Source of the DNA: Burkholderiaceae bacterium
Lineage (GTDB): Bacteria > Pseudomonadota > Gammaproteobacteria > Burkholderiales > Burkholderiaceae_C
Length of the DNA: 64,000 nucleotides
Reading direction: 5' to 3'
NCBI GenBank assembly: GCA_965218765.1
Contig: CBDCLU010000001.1
Span: 24,842-88,841 of the forward strand
Within the stretch, counting starts at the first letter, position 1. Every line of letters begins with the position of its first letter. This document shows positions 1-12,500 of the stretch, piece by piece. A model generated the notes under the pieces. It was not told where the DNA came from, made no database searches, and saw nothing but the letters and a program-made list of their open reading frames with translations. Position numbers and translations under genes: made by a program.

Positions 1-572
1 ACTGGCTGAATGCGGTCGCAGTGATCATCATGGTCATGAGCGGCTGGCAGATCTACAACGCATCGCCGCTGTTCGGCTTCGAGTTTCCCGCTGCGATCAC
101 GCTGGGCGGCTGGCTCGCGGGTGCGATTCAGTGGCATTTCGCCGCGATGTGGCTGCTGGCGTTCAACGGGCTGTTCTATCTGGCGTTCAACATCGCAAGC
201 GGCCGGCTGTTCCGCAAGTTCTTTCCGCTGCCGCTGTCCGGCATCTGGAGCGATACGGTGGCCGCGCTGCGCGGCAAGTTGTCGCATGACAATCCGCGCT
301 ACTACAACCGCGTGCAGCGGCTCGCCTATCTGTTCGTGATGCTCGACATCACGCTGATGGTGTTGTCGGGCCTGGTGATCTTCAAGCCGGTGCAGTTTCC
401 GTTGCTGCGCGAGCTGCTTGGCGGCTTCGACAATGCGCGGCTGGTTCACTTCCTCGGCATGTCGGGGCTGGTCGCGTTCTTTGTGCTGCACATCGTGCTG
501 GTGCTGCTGGTGCCAAAGACGTTCGTGACGATGTTCCGCAGTCACGCATCGACGAAAGGAAGCGCAGCATGA
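1..572 (+). CDS. b-type cytochrome membrane subunit (b561/PhsC-like), 5'-partial
   Basis: The frame is open from nt 3 to the window edge (WLNAVAVIIMVMSGWQIY...). Several hydrophobic helices carry conserved His (WHFAAMW, VHFLGM, LHIVL). The stop overlaps the next start (ATGA at 569-572). Confidence 0.6.
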   Translation, partial: WLNAVAVIIMVMSGWQIYNASPLFGFEFPAAITLGGWLAGAIQWHFAAMWLLAFNGLFYLAFNIASGRLFRKFFPLPLSGIWSDTVAALRGKLSHDNPRYYNRVQRLAYLFVMLDITLMVLSGLVIFKPVQFPLLRELLGGFDNARLVHFLGMSGLVAFFVLHIVLVLLVPKTFVTMFRSHASTKGSAA

Positions 573-1366
573 TTCGGCCTGCCACGCCCCCGCTGACATT
601 GCGCCGCGCCGATCGCGAAGCCGCGCTGCTCGAAGCGCGCCGCCTGCTCAATGGCCGGCTCGACCGCCCGGCGCGGCGTTTGTTCATGCGGCACACCTTG
701 ACGCTCGGCGGTCTGTCGCTGCTGTCCGGCTGCAGCATCTCGGACAACAAGACGGTGGAAGCGGCGTTGACGCGCATCTCGGGCTTCAACGACAAGGCGC
801 AGGCCTGGCTGTTCGACCCGAACCAGCTCGCGCCGACCTATGACGAATCGATGATCACGCGGCCGTTTCCGTTCAACGCGTATTACAGTGAAGACGAGGT
901 ACGGGTCGTCGATGCAGCCGACTGGCAGCTCGAAGTCAGCGGCCTGGTGGAAAAGAGGCGAAATTTCAAGCTGGCAGAGCTGCGTGCGATGCCGCAGCGC
1001 GAGCAGATCACGCGCCATATCTGCGTGGAAGGCTGGAGCGCGGTCGGCCGCTGGGGCGGCGTGCTGTTCTCCGACTTCCTCAAGCAGGTTGGCGCGGATA
1101 CCAGCGCGAAGTATGTCGGCTTCAAATGCGCCGACGACTACTACCAGAGCATCGACATGGCGACCGCGCTGCACCCGCAGACGCTGCTCACGCTGACGTG
1201 GGACGGACAACCCCTACCGCCGAAGTATGGTTTCCCGACCAAGTTGCGCATGCCGACCAAACTGGGCTATAAAAACCCGAAACACATCACCGCGCTGTTC
1301 GTAACCAACGAATATCCGGGCGGCTACTGGGAAGACCAGGGCTACAACTGGTTCGGCGGGAGTTGA
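569..1366 (+). CDS. molybdopterin-dependent oxidoreductase, sulfite-oxidase/YedY(MsrP)-like fold
   Basis: 265-aa ORF. N-terminus is RR-containing with a lipobox-like LLSGC. Core motifs HICVEGWS, WGGVLFSDFL and GFPTKLRMPTKLGYKNPKHI are typical of Oxidored_molyb proteins. It is translationally coupled to the upstream cytochrome b. Confidence 0.7.
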   Translation: MIRPATPPLTLRRADREAALLEARRLLNGRLDRPARRLFMRHTLTLGGLSLLSGCSISDNKTVEAALTRISGFNDKAQAWLFDPNQLAPTYDESMITRPFPFNAYYSEDEVRVVDAADWQLEVSGLVEKRRNFKLAELRAMPQREQITRHICVEGWSAVGRWGGVLFSDFLKQVGADTSAKYVGFKCADDYYQSIDMATALHPQTLLTLTWDGQPLPPKYGFPTKLRMPTKLGYKNPKHITALFVTNEYPGGYWEDQGYNWFGGS

Positions 1367-1463
1367 ACATTCTTCAGCTTGAAGATTGGCAACGTCTGCT
1401 GATACGCAAGGCACGTGTTGGGGTGTTTTGCCCGCGAACCGTGTCCATTTTTAGACTTCTCAG

Positions 1464-1700
1464 ATGATAGAGACGACCGATATGAACAAGCTTGCTACTG
1501 CGCTCCTCGCCACTGGCCTCACGATCGCCAGCGTCAACGTCCTCGCCGCCGATATGAAGAAAGACGAGATGCACAAGGACGGCATGAAAAAAGACATGAT
1601 GGAAAAAGACGGGATGAAGAAGGACGGCATGGCCAAAGACGGCATGAAGAAGGACGACATGAAAAAAGATGGCATGAAAAAGGATGAGATGAAGAAGTGA
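1464..1700 (+). CDS. secreted pentapeptide MXKDX-repeat protein (Met/Lys/Asp-rich)
   Basis: 78-aa ORF. A signal peptide (NKLATALLATGLTIASVNVLA/AD) is followed by MKKDE MHKDG MKKDM MEKDG MKKDG MAKDG MKKDD MKKDG MKKDE MKK. A strong terminator follows. The start may instead be Met7 (nt 1482). Confidence 0.75.
   Translation: MIETTDMNKLATALLATGLTIASVNVLAADMKKDEMHKDGMKKDMMEKDGMKKDGMAKDGMKKDDMKKDGMKKDEMKK
1554..1697 (+). repeat. 15-nt periodic coding repeat (about 9.5 units) encoding M-x-K-D-x
   Basis: Reiterated atgaa(g/a)aa(g/a)gac(g/a)nn units can be read directly in the sequence. Confidence 0.85.
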
Positions 1701-1756
1701 TCGTGCTGCACGCGCCCTCGGCCGGCGATCGGCCGCCGGGCTGAGCGAATAAAAAA

Positions 1757-1779
1757 GCGACCCGAGGGTCGCTTTTTTT
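1757..1779. terminator. bidirectional intrinsic terminator between the MXKDX gene and convergent pgi
   Basis: Stem GCGACC / tetraloop CGAG / GGTCGC (1757-1772). It is flanked by an A6 run (1751-1756) and a T7 run (1773-1779). Confidence 0.75.
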
Positions 1780-1808
1780 GTTGCCGCTGATCGTCCGACA
1801 ACGCGCGA

Positions 1809-3398
<1,590 letters not shown>

Positions 3399-3565
3399 GA
3401 ATGCTCCTTGGGGTAGCGGCGTCGGCTGATCAAAACATTATCCGGCGCGGCCTCGGGCTGGTCGACAGGCATCGCGCTGCGTGGCACAGTGGGCTTGGCG
3501 CAACCGGCGCTGCTTTCGCAGGCGCAGATGCGTGCCCATCCCGACAACGATCGAGGAGACCAATC

Positions 3566-4684
3566 ATGCGGGCAATTTCGACGATGCTGATCGCAACCGG
3601 CTTGGGCTTGGCCATGCTGAGCCCCGCTGCCGCCCAGTCCGTGCAACGGATCGAAGGCGCCCCGCAGGCCAGCGGCGGCCCACGCTATGCGGTCGATGCG
3701 ACATGGCCAAAGCCGTTGCCGAACCACTGGATCCTCGGTCAGGTCGCCGGGATCGCAGTGGCCAGCGACGACACCATCTGGCTGATCCATCGGCCCGGTT
3801 CGCTGACCGAGGACGAGCGCGGCGCCGCCTTGACGCCCAAGCGCTCCAAATGCTGCATCGCCGCGCCGCCGGTGTTGCAGTTCGACCGGGCCGGCAAGCT
3901 GCTGCGCTCCTGGGGCGGCAAGGGTGACGGCTATGACTGGCCGGCCAATGAGCATGGCATCTACGTCGATCCACACCACAACGTCTGGGTTGGCGGCAAC
4001 GCCACGACCGACCACATGCTGCTCAAGTTCAGCGTCGACGGCAAGTTCCTGCTGCAGATCGGCAAGCCGGGTGCGAGCCGCGGGAGCAACGACCCGGAGC
4101 AACTCGGCCGGCCCGCGCACATGACGCTCGATGCCGCCGCGAACGAGCTGTACGTGGCCGACGGCTACGGCAACCGCCGCGTGATCGTGTTCGATGCGGA
4201 CAGCGGCCGCTACAAGCGGCATTGGGGCGCCTACGGCAACAAGCCGGACGACACGAAACTTGCCGACTTCAACCCGGAATCGCCGCAGTTCGGCAACCCG
4301 GTACATTGCGTGCGGCTGACCAGGGACGCGCTGGTCTACGTCTGCGACCGCATGAACAACCGCGTGCAGGTGTTCAGGAAGAACGGCGATTTCGTGCGCC
4401 AGTTCGTCTATGAACCCGAGACGCGCGGCTCCGGCTCGACCTGGGACCTGGTGCCGTCGGAAGACGCCGAGCAGCGCTATCTGCTGATCGCGGACGGCAC
4501 CAACAACGAGGTACGCATCGTGCAGCGAGACAGCGGCGACGTGCTCGGTACGTTTGGCCGTTCGGGCCGGCAGGCCGGGGACTTCCACTGGGTCCACAAC
4601 ATCGCCATCGATCGCCAAGGCAGCGTCTACACGTCCGAGGTCGATACCGGCAAGCGCGCACAGCGGTTCACACGGATTCGTTGA
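3566..4684 (+). CDS. secreted NHL-repeat (beta-propeller) protein, peptidyl-alpha-hydroxyglycine lyase-like
   Basis: The ATG at 3566 is preceded by GAGGAG. Signal peptide MRAISTMLIATGLGLAMLSPAAAQ. Repeated NHL-like blocks are present (ELYVADGYGNRRVIVFD, LVYVCDRMNNRVQVF, YLLIADGTNNEVRIV, SVYTSEV). The longer ORF from 3401 is probably an upstream extension only. Confidence 0.7.
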   Translation: MRAISTMLIATGLGLAMLSPAAAQSVQRIEGAPQASGGPRYAVDATWPKPLPNHWILGQVAGIAVASDDTIWLIHRPGSLTEDERGAALTPKRSKCCIAAPPVLQFDRAGKLLRSWGGKGDGYDWPANEHGIYVDPHHNVWVGGNATTDHMLLKFSVDGKFLLQIGKPGASRGSNDPEQLGRPAHMTLDAAANELYVADGYGNRRVIVFDADSGRYKRHWGAYGNKPDDTKLADFNPESPQFGNPVHCVRLTRDALVYVCDRMNNRVQVFRKNGDFVRQFVYEPETRGSGSTWDLVPSEDAEQRYLLIADGTNNEVRIVQRDSGDVLGTFGRSGRQAGDFHWVHNIAIDRQGSVYTSEVDTGKRAQRFTRIR

Positions 4685-4858
4685 CGGCGCTTTGCCGCGC
4701 CGCGCCCCCAGCAACGGCGGCACGTTCGTGCCGCGGCATGGCGCGTGCGCCGATTCCAGCAGCGTTTGCTGCCGCACGAGCAGCGGGCAGATGCTTTTCT
4801 GCTGCACTGGCATGATCGGTGCACGCGGACGGCTTTCCCCCTCAGCACAGAATCATCC

Positions 4859-6313
4859 ATGAGCTTCGACCTCGTCCTGTTCGGCGGTACCGGCGATCTG
4901 GCCTGGCGCAAGTTGATGCCGGCACTGTTTCAGGCGCATCGCCACGGCACCCTGCCGGCAGGCGGCCGCATCATCGGCGTGGGACGGGACGACTTGACCG
5001 ACGATCAATATCGTCAGCACATCCAGCAACGCTTTGCCGGCATCCAGCCCGACAAGCAACCCAACCCGGACGAATTCGCACGCTTTGCGCAGCAACTCGA
5101 ATTCCAGCGCATGGACCTGACCCGACCGCAGGACTACCCCGCGCTGGTCGCCAAGCTGGCCGAACGCGATGCCGACATCGTCGTGATGTATGTGGCCACA
5201 GCGCCGGCGCTGTTTGCGACCGCGGTCGAGCAGGTCGCGGCGGCTGGCCTGAACCGGCCGAACACGCGCATCGTGCTGGAAAAACCGCTCGGGCACGACC
5301 TGGCCTCGAACCGCGCGATCAATGCGACAGTGGCGCGCTGTTTCCAGGAAAAGCAGGTGTTCCGCATCGACCACTACCTGGGCAAGCCCGCGGTGCAGAA
5401 CCTGTTCGCGCTGCGCTTCGGCAACGCGTTGTTCGAGCCGATCTGGCGCAGGGAACACATCGCCAACATCCAGATCACGATTGCCGAGCAGCTGGGCGTG
5501 GAGCAGCGCGGCGCGTTCTACGACGGCACCGGCGCTTTACGCGACATGGTGCAGAACCACGCGCTGCAACTGCTGTGCGCGATCGGCATGGAGCCGCCGA
5601 TCAACGCACATGCAGATGCGATCCGCGACGAGAAACTGAAAGTGCTGCGCGCGCTGAAAGACTGGACGCCCAAGACGCTTGCCACCGACGTGGTGCGCGG
5701 CCAGTATGGTGCCGGCCTGAAAGGCGGCGCGCCGATGGCAGCCTATCGCGACGAACCCGGCGTGGACCCGCAGAGCAATACCGAAACATTCGTGGCGCTG
5801 CGCACCGAGATCGCCAACTGGCGCTGGGCCGGGGTGCCGTTCTACATCCGCACCGGCAAGCGCATGGCCGCGCACGATGCTCACATTGCGGTGAATTTCC
5901 ATCCGACTCCGCACGCGATCTTCAACGCGCCGGCCGGCCTGGCCAACCGGCTGCTGATCAACCTGCAGCCGCGCGATGGATTGGAGCTGCACCTGCTCGC
6001 ACAGGCACAAAACAAGCGCCGCGCAACCGACACGCTGGCGCCAGTGCAGCTGGATCTGGACTTCGACAAGCGCTTCGGCGCCGAACGCGTCGGCGCCTAC
6101 GAGCGGCTGCTACTCGACGTGCTGGCCGGCCGGCTCAATCTGTTCGTGCGCAGCGACGAGCAGGAAGAAGCCTGGCGCTGGGTGGAGCCGATTCTGGATG
6201 CCTGGGGCAACGATCCACGCGGGCCGCGCAGCTATGCATCCGGCACCTGGGGACCCAGTGCAGCGAGCGCGTTGATCGCCCGCGATGGCTACAGCTGGAG
6301 CGAAGAGAGTTAG
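4859..6313 (+). CDS. zwf: glucose-6-phosphate 1-dehydrogenase
   Basis: Start at MSFDLVLFGGTGDLAWRKL (NADP motif). EKPLGHDL and the active-site RIDHYLGK motif (FRIDHYLGKPAVQN) are present. The upstream in-frame extension (4745) lacks homology-like sequence. Confidence 0.93.
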   Translation: MSFDLVLFGGTGDLAWRKLMPALFQAHRHGTLPAGGRIIGVGRDDLTDDQYRQHIQQRFAGIQPDKQPNPDEFARFAQQLEFQRMDLTRPQDYPALVAKLAERDADIVVMYVATAPALFATAVEQVAAAGLNRPNTRIVLEKPLGHDLASNRAINATVARCFQEKQVFRIDHYLGKPAVQNLFALRFGNALFEPIWRREHIANIQITIAEQLGVEQRGAFYDGTGALRDMVQNHALQLLCAIGMEPPINAHADAIRDEKLKVLRALKDWTPKTLATDVVRGQYGAGLKGGAPMAAYRDEPGVDPQSNTETFVALRTEIANWRWAGVPFYIRTGKRMAAHDAHIAVNFHPTPHAIFNAPAGLANRLLINLQPRDGLELHLLAQAQNKRRATDTLAPVQLDLDFDKRFGAERVGAYERLLLDVLAGRLNLFVRSDEQEEAWRWVEPILDAWGNDPRGPRSYASGTWGPSAASALIARDGYSWSEES

Positions 6314-6470
6314 CGCTCCCCCAGCCTTCGCTCCCTTCGGTCGGCTCCCGGCTATCCCCCACCGGGGGCGGCGCCTGCGGCTGGCGGAGCCAGCTCCGCG
6401 GCCCCTGCTGGAATGGACAGCGGCGTCTCGTTTCGTTATGCGTAGTGGGTGAGACCGCAAGCACTGAAAC

Positions 6471-6516
6471 GCAAAACACCCCACGCCGGCAGCGTTGGCG
6501 GCCGTCGTGGGGTGTT
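6471..6516 (-). terminator. intrinsic terminator after chpA
   Basis: 11-bp stem AACACCCCACG (6475-6485) / CGTGGGGTGTT (6506-6516). On the minus strand a T4 run follows (6471-6474). It lies about 45 nt after the chpA stop. Confidence 0.6.
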
Positions 6517-6558
6517 CGGTTTGTCCGTGCGGCAACGCCCGTAGGCGCTGCGCCTTTT

Positions 6559-9500
6559 TCAGTGGACTTCGGCGCCTAAGCGCAGCTTGGCGTAGTGGCG
6601 CGTGAGGCGCAGCAGTTCTTCTTCGGAATACGGCTTGCCCAGGTAATGCTGCACGCCGAGCTCCCTTGCATGCTCGCGGTGCTTGTCGCCGATGCGCGAG
6701 GTGATCATCACGATCGGCAGGTCCGCGGTGCGCACGTCGCCGCGGATGTTGCGGGCCAGATCGAAGCCGTCCATGCGCGGCATCTCGATGTCGGACAGCA
6801 CCATCACCGGCAGCTCGTCGGCGAGCCGCTCGATCGCCTGCAGGCCATCGGCTGCCAGTGCAACGCGAAAGCCTTCGCGCTGCAGCAGCCGCTGCGTGAC
6901 GCGGCGCACCGTGATCGAGTCGTCCACCACCAGCACCAGCGGTGCCAGTTGCTGCGCGGCTTCCACCCGGCTCAACGTCAGCGCAGCCGACACTTCGGCG
7001 GACGGCAGCGCGCTCCCGCCGGCACGGTCGTCGACCCACTGCCGCGCCTGCGCGCCGTACACGGTGGCCAGTGCAACCGGGTTGTAGATCAGCGCGACGG
7101 TGCCCGATGGCAGCACCGACATGCCGGCCAGACCTGGCAGCCGGGCCAACTGCGGCCCGAGGTTCTTGACCACCACCTCCTGATTGCCGAGCACCTCGTC
7201 CACGTGCAGCGCGAGTCGCTGCGAAGCGCTGCGGATGACCAGCACCGGACGGGTGCGGGCCATCGGTTCCGTACTCCGCACCGACGACTGCAGCAGCGCA
7301 CCACACCAGTAGAACGGAATGTCCTCGCCGCCGTAAGCCAAGGTGCCGCTCGCATAAGCCGCTTCGATTTCGGCTGCCGGCACCCGGCGCACCAGCTCGA
7401 CCACGGCCGACGGCACGCCGATCGCCTGCTCCCCGGCACGCACCATCACGACCTGCGTGACGGCGGTGGTCAACGGCAGCACCAAGGTGAAGCCGGTGCC
7501 CTGGCCCGCCTTCGAGTCGGTTTCGATCCGGCCGCCCAAGGCGTCGACTTCGGACCGCACCACGTCCATGCCGATGCCGCGGCCGGACAGTTCGGTCACG
7601 GTGGACGCAGTGCTGAACCCTGGCGTGAAAATCAGTTGCGCGGCTTCCGCGTCGCTGATCGGCTGATCCGAGCCGGGCAGCTCGCGCTCGACGGCTTTCT
7701 GCCGGATGCGCTGCAAATCCAATCCGGCGCCGTCGTCCCGGAACCCCACCGACACCTCGTTTCCGGACTGGCGCAGGTCGATCGTGATCGCACCGGCCGC
7801 CGGCTTGCCGGCATCAGTTCGGGCCTGCGGCGATTCGATGCCATGCGCCACCGCGTTGCGCAGCAGGTGCTCGAACGCGGGCGCCAGCCGATCCAGCATG
7901 CCGCGGTCCATCTCGATGCTGCCGCCGGTGATGTCCAGCTTGACCTGCTTGCCCGCGTCTTTCGATGCCTGCCGCACCACGCCGTACAGCCGCTCCGAGA
8001 TGCCTTCGAACTCGACCATGCGCGTGCGCAGCAGATCGCGCTGCAGTTCGCGCGACTGGCGCGCCTGCGCCACCAGGTCGTCTTCCGCACCTTCGACCGA
8101 GCGCTGCACGCTGCGCTGCACGGTGGCCACATCGTTCACCGACTCGGCCATCATGCGCGTGAGTTCCTGCACCCGCGTGAATCGGTCGAATTCGAGCGGA
8201 TCGAAGCTTGCACCCACGTCCTTCGACTGCGCCAGGCGCGACTGCATCTGCGTTTCCGCCTGCAGTTCCACATCGCGCAACTGCTGGCGCAGGCGGTCCA
8301 GATTGCCGGTCAGATCGGACAGCGAATCGCGCAGCTGCGACACGCGCGACTCGAGCCGGGCCCGCGTCATCATAATCTCGCCGGCCTGATTCACGAGCCG
8401 ATCGAGCAACTGGGCGCGCACCCGCACCGACTGGCTGCCCAGCCGCTGTGCTGCAGCCGCCACCGGCACCGTGATCGACGCCCGCCGCACGGCCCGTTCG
8501 GACGGCGCCGCCATCGCCGGCACGGCGGCCAGCGGTTGATCCTGCTGGACCGCGCCGCGCACCTGCTCGAACCGGCCCTGCAACAGGTCGAAGCCGACCA
8601 GCAGCGGCTCGAGTTGCGCCGACTGCAGGGTCTGTCCCGCATGCTGCTCGAGCAGCGATTCCATGCGGTGGGCGAGTTCGCCCAGACGCAGCGCGCCAGC
8701 CAGCCGCGCACTGCCTTTCAACGTATGCAGCACGCGCAGCACTTCGGCACGGGCCGACAACTGCGTCGGCTCGGACACCCACTGGCGCAACGACCCACCC
8801 AGCCGCGGCAGCAGTTCCAGCGCTTCGTCTTCGAAGATGGGGAACAGGTCGGGATCGACCACGTCGGCCAGGTCGATCTCGTCGTCGAGCGCCAGCACCG
8901 GCACGCTGGTTGGCTGCAAGTTGTTGCCCTGGTCGATCGGTGCCGCCAGCGGTGCGCGGGCGATCGTCGTCGGCTGTTGTTCGGCCGGCTGCTCGTCGAT
9001 CGGCAGTGCTTCGATCGGCGCCGGCAACTCGCTCGGCTGGGCGTCGTCGAGCGCATCGATTTCGAGCAGCTGTTCGTCTCCGGTCGGCGCCTGCGTATCC
9101 AGCGTCGGGGCAACGCTGGCGTTGCTGGCTTGCAGCAGCTCGTCGAGCAACTGCAGCAACGGCACGCTCGCGGTCTTGAGCTGGCCTGCAGCGAACTGCT
9201 GCAGCAGGCGATCGATCTCCAGTGCGGCGTCCTGGCAAACCTGCACATGCGACGGGTCAACGCTGCCGATGATCTGCAGGTGGCCGAGCGCGCGCTCGAG
9301 CTTGCGCGAGAGCATCGCAAGGTCCACGAAGCCGACCGTGCTCGAACTGCCACCCAGTGCATGCGCCATCGAGACCGCGGTGTCCGACACCGGCTGGGAC
9401 GGCTGCATCGCCCACTCCGAAATCTCGGTCTGCAACCGGCGCGACCATTCGTCTGCTTCACCGAGGTAGACGTTGTACAGCGGAATGGCGACTCGCAACG

Positions 9501-12500
9501 GGCCGATCGTCTTGACGGCATCGTCAGCAGCGCTGCTGGCTTCTTCGGCGACCATCGGCTCCTGCTCCGATTCCGGCTCGACAGGCGCCTGTTCCTGCAG
9601 CGGGAGTCCGGCTTCGATCGGCTCGGGCGCATCTTGGTAAGCCGGCTCGAACGCGTCGACGTCGATGAACTCGATCGGTGCATCCTGCTCGGCGACGGGC
9701 GCCGGCTCGAAGGAGTCGATGGGCTCCGCCGTGTCAATCGACTCAACGGCGTCAATCGACGCGATCGCTTCGGTCAACTCAGCGGAATCGATCGACTCGA
9801 TGGCGTCAACCGGCTCGGGCTCGGGCTCGGTCGCTTCGATCTCGATCGGCTCGGCAGCCGTCGGTTGCTCGACATCGGTCTGAGCGAAGAATGCATCGGT
9901 TTGCGCAGTGATCTCAGCATTCGCTTCATCCGGCACATCGATCGCTGCTTCGGCGAATTCATCGGCCGCCACGGTCGGCTCAGGCGGCTGTTCGGGCAAC
10001 CCGATCGACTCGATCGACTCGATCGACTCGATCGACTCGGCTGGCATCGAAAGCGCCTCGGCCTCTACCGGCTCGTCGGTGGCCCCGGCTTCGATCTCGG
10101 CGGGCTCCGGCATCGGCGCCAGCTCGACCGGTGCATCGGTCGATGACAGATCGAACTCGGCGAACTCGATTGCCTCGTCGGCCAGCACCGGCTCCGCTTC
10201 GGTCGGCTCGACGGCGGCATCGAACGCGGCCACATCGATCGACTCGATCGACGCCGGTTCGGCAACTTCGGGCAACGCAGCTTCGGCTTCAAAAGCGGCC
10301 AAACCTTCGCTCTCGACGGCCATCGGCAACGCATCAGGCAACACCGATTCGCTGCCCGGCAGTGCCAGTGCAAGCAGTCGGCCTTCCTGGCGCAACGCGT
10401 CTGCGGATGCCTCGAACGGCAGTGCGCTCCAGCCGGCCGTGTCGTCCGCGGCGATCGCATCGGCCCAGCAGCCGAAGCCCAGCAGCGCCTCACGCGACAG
10501 TTGCAGGAGCGGCGCATCGGCCGACTTCTGCTCGGCCAGCCAGCTGTTGTGCAGCTGCTCGAAGCTCCAGGCCGCGTTGCCGAACGCCATCAGCCCGACC
10601 ATGCGCGAACTGCCTTTGAGCGTGTGGAAGGCGCGGCGCAGCGAAGCCTGCTCGCCGGCATCCGCCGGGTTGGTCGCAAGCATGTCGATCGCCGCCACAC
10701 CGTTGTCGATCACTTCGCGCACTTCTTCCAGGAAGATTTCGAGCAGCTCGCTGTCGACCGCTTCCTCTTGCGGCTCGGCTGCGACGGCCCCCACGGCTTC
10801 TGCCATGGGCTCCTGCACCGGCGCGATTTCCTCAACGGATGGCTCGGGCGCCGGTGCGCTGCGACCCATCACCGGCAGCAGTTCGCCACGCGCTTCATCA
10901 AATGCAAACAGCTTCTTGGCCAGCGCCGGCTGATAGCCGAGCATGTCGATCAGAAACCCGAGCGCACCGAGGTTATTGCCCAGTTTCTCGGACGCAGCGG
11001 CCGCGGCTTCCGGTGTCTGCGCACCAGGCGCAGCGAGACGGTCGATGCTGTCGCGCATCTGCACCACTGTTTGCGTGGCATGGTCGAGCCCGAGCACGGA
11101 CAACACGCCGCGCATCTGCGACAACTGGCTGGCAGCGGTCGGCAGCACGGCGATATCGTTGTTGTCGCGAAAGTACTGGTCGAGCAGTTTTTCCGCTTCA
11201 GCGAGGCTGGCTTTCATCTCGGCCACCACGCTGCCCATCGTGCGGCGGTCGCTGACCCGGCCGTACAGCTCCTCCATCCAGGGCTCGAGCGGCTGCGGCA
11301 AGCCGCCGGAGCGCACCTGCTGCAGCCGCTCGGCCAGATGCGCCAGACGTTCGCTCAGACGTATCTCGTCCTGGTCGAGATCGTCGTAAGCGGCTTGCAG
11401 ATACAGCACCGACGTGGCGACTTCCATCGCCAGCGGCGGCGAAGGCGTGCGGCCGGCGCGCTGCGCATCGGCGACGACGCGTGTCAGCACCCGGGCGAAC
11501 TCGGCGCTCTCCGGCTGCATCTGCACCATCGTGTCGGACAGCTGCTGGAATTGCTCGGCCGCGGTGCGCAGCCGGTTCACGTCACCACCGGCCACCGCCG
11601 ACCAGGTCTCCGCTGCGGCCTGGATGCGCTTGCGCACCTGTGCAAGCAGCACCGCATCGAATCGGCCGAAGTGGCGCCGCTCGTAGTCGATCGGCGTTTG
11701 CCCGTCGATGCCGAAAGCCGCGCGCACCGACTGCAGCACTGGTGCATCCTGGCCGCGGGTCTGCGCCTGTGCGCAGTAAAACAGCAAGTCGCGCAGCAGC
11801 ACCGGCGGCACTTCGTGGTCGCCGCGTGCCAGCACGCTGTACTGCATCAGCAGGCGCGACGCCAGACGTTTTACATACAGGTCGGCGGGCAGCGCGCCCA
11901 GCGCGAATGCTTCGAAGAATGCTGCGCTGACCTGCCAGAAGATCGAAGGCTGCGCAGCCGTCTGCGCGGCGGCGAGCTGCAGGCTCAGGGCCGAGATTTC
12001 ACGTGCGGATGCGGCATCGGCGTTCTTGACCGTGCTCAACACGGCCTGATCCATGCGCGCGCGCACGGCCGCGTCATAACCGAGCGCTGGTTGCCGAGCC
12101 AATCCCGGGTTCACCCATTTCCACTGGAACGCCCAGAGATCGGCCGGGTGGGCCTTGTCGCCGTCGCCGAGTTCGGCGACTTCGCGGTATTGCGGGAACA
12201 GGCCGATCGCAGGCATGGTCTTGCCGGCCAGCGTGGTCTCCAGATACTCGACGATCGCCGCGCCAGCGCGTTCCACGGTAGCGGCAGTTTCCTGCGTGCA
12301 CAGTTCGGGCCGCACAGCTAGTTCACGCGCGGTGGCCTCCAGGCTGCGCAGCAGCACCGCGACCGCTGGCATCTCGACCATTTCGAGCGCGCCGGCCGAC
12401 TGTTGCAGTGCCAGTGGCAACGGCTGCAATGCAGCCGCGATCGCGAGCAGGTCGGTGCCTGCGGCCTGCGCGGCTTGCACCTCGCGCGCCGAGCGGTGCA

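Noticed and set aside
1415-1687. Alternative-frame ORF across the MXKDX repeat (RRDEEGRHGQRRHEEGRHEKR...) and the minus-strand ORFs 1460-2002 and 1534-1812.
   Set aside because: These are by-products of the 15-nt periodic repeat being open in other frames. Only the MXKDX frame has a signal peptide and a sensible start and terminator.
3566-4684. A secreted NHL-repeat protein wedged between divergent pgi and zwf, as a possible functional link to sugar metabolism.
   Set aside because: There is no operon relationship, because the flanking genes are on different strands or separately initiated. This is most simply an unrelated neighbour.
6595-10146. Very long ORFs antisense to, or in alternative frames of, real genes. 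Examples: 6595-10146 (+, 1183 aa), 10501-12321 (+), 3227-4813 (-), 4819-6579 (+), 22988-24910 (+), 34890-36152 (-), 37943-39106 (-), 48515-49714 (-), 6110-7306 (-).
   Set aside because: Their translations are Arg/Ala/Gly/Pro-rich with no motifs. They lie exactly opposite or inside ORFs with unmistakable family signatures. In high-GC DNA the scarcity of stop codons generates such shadow ORFs.
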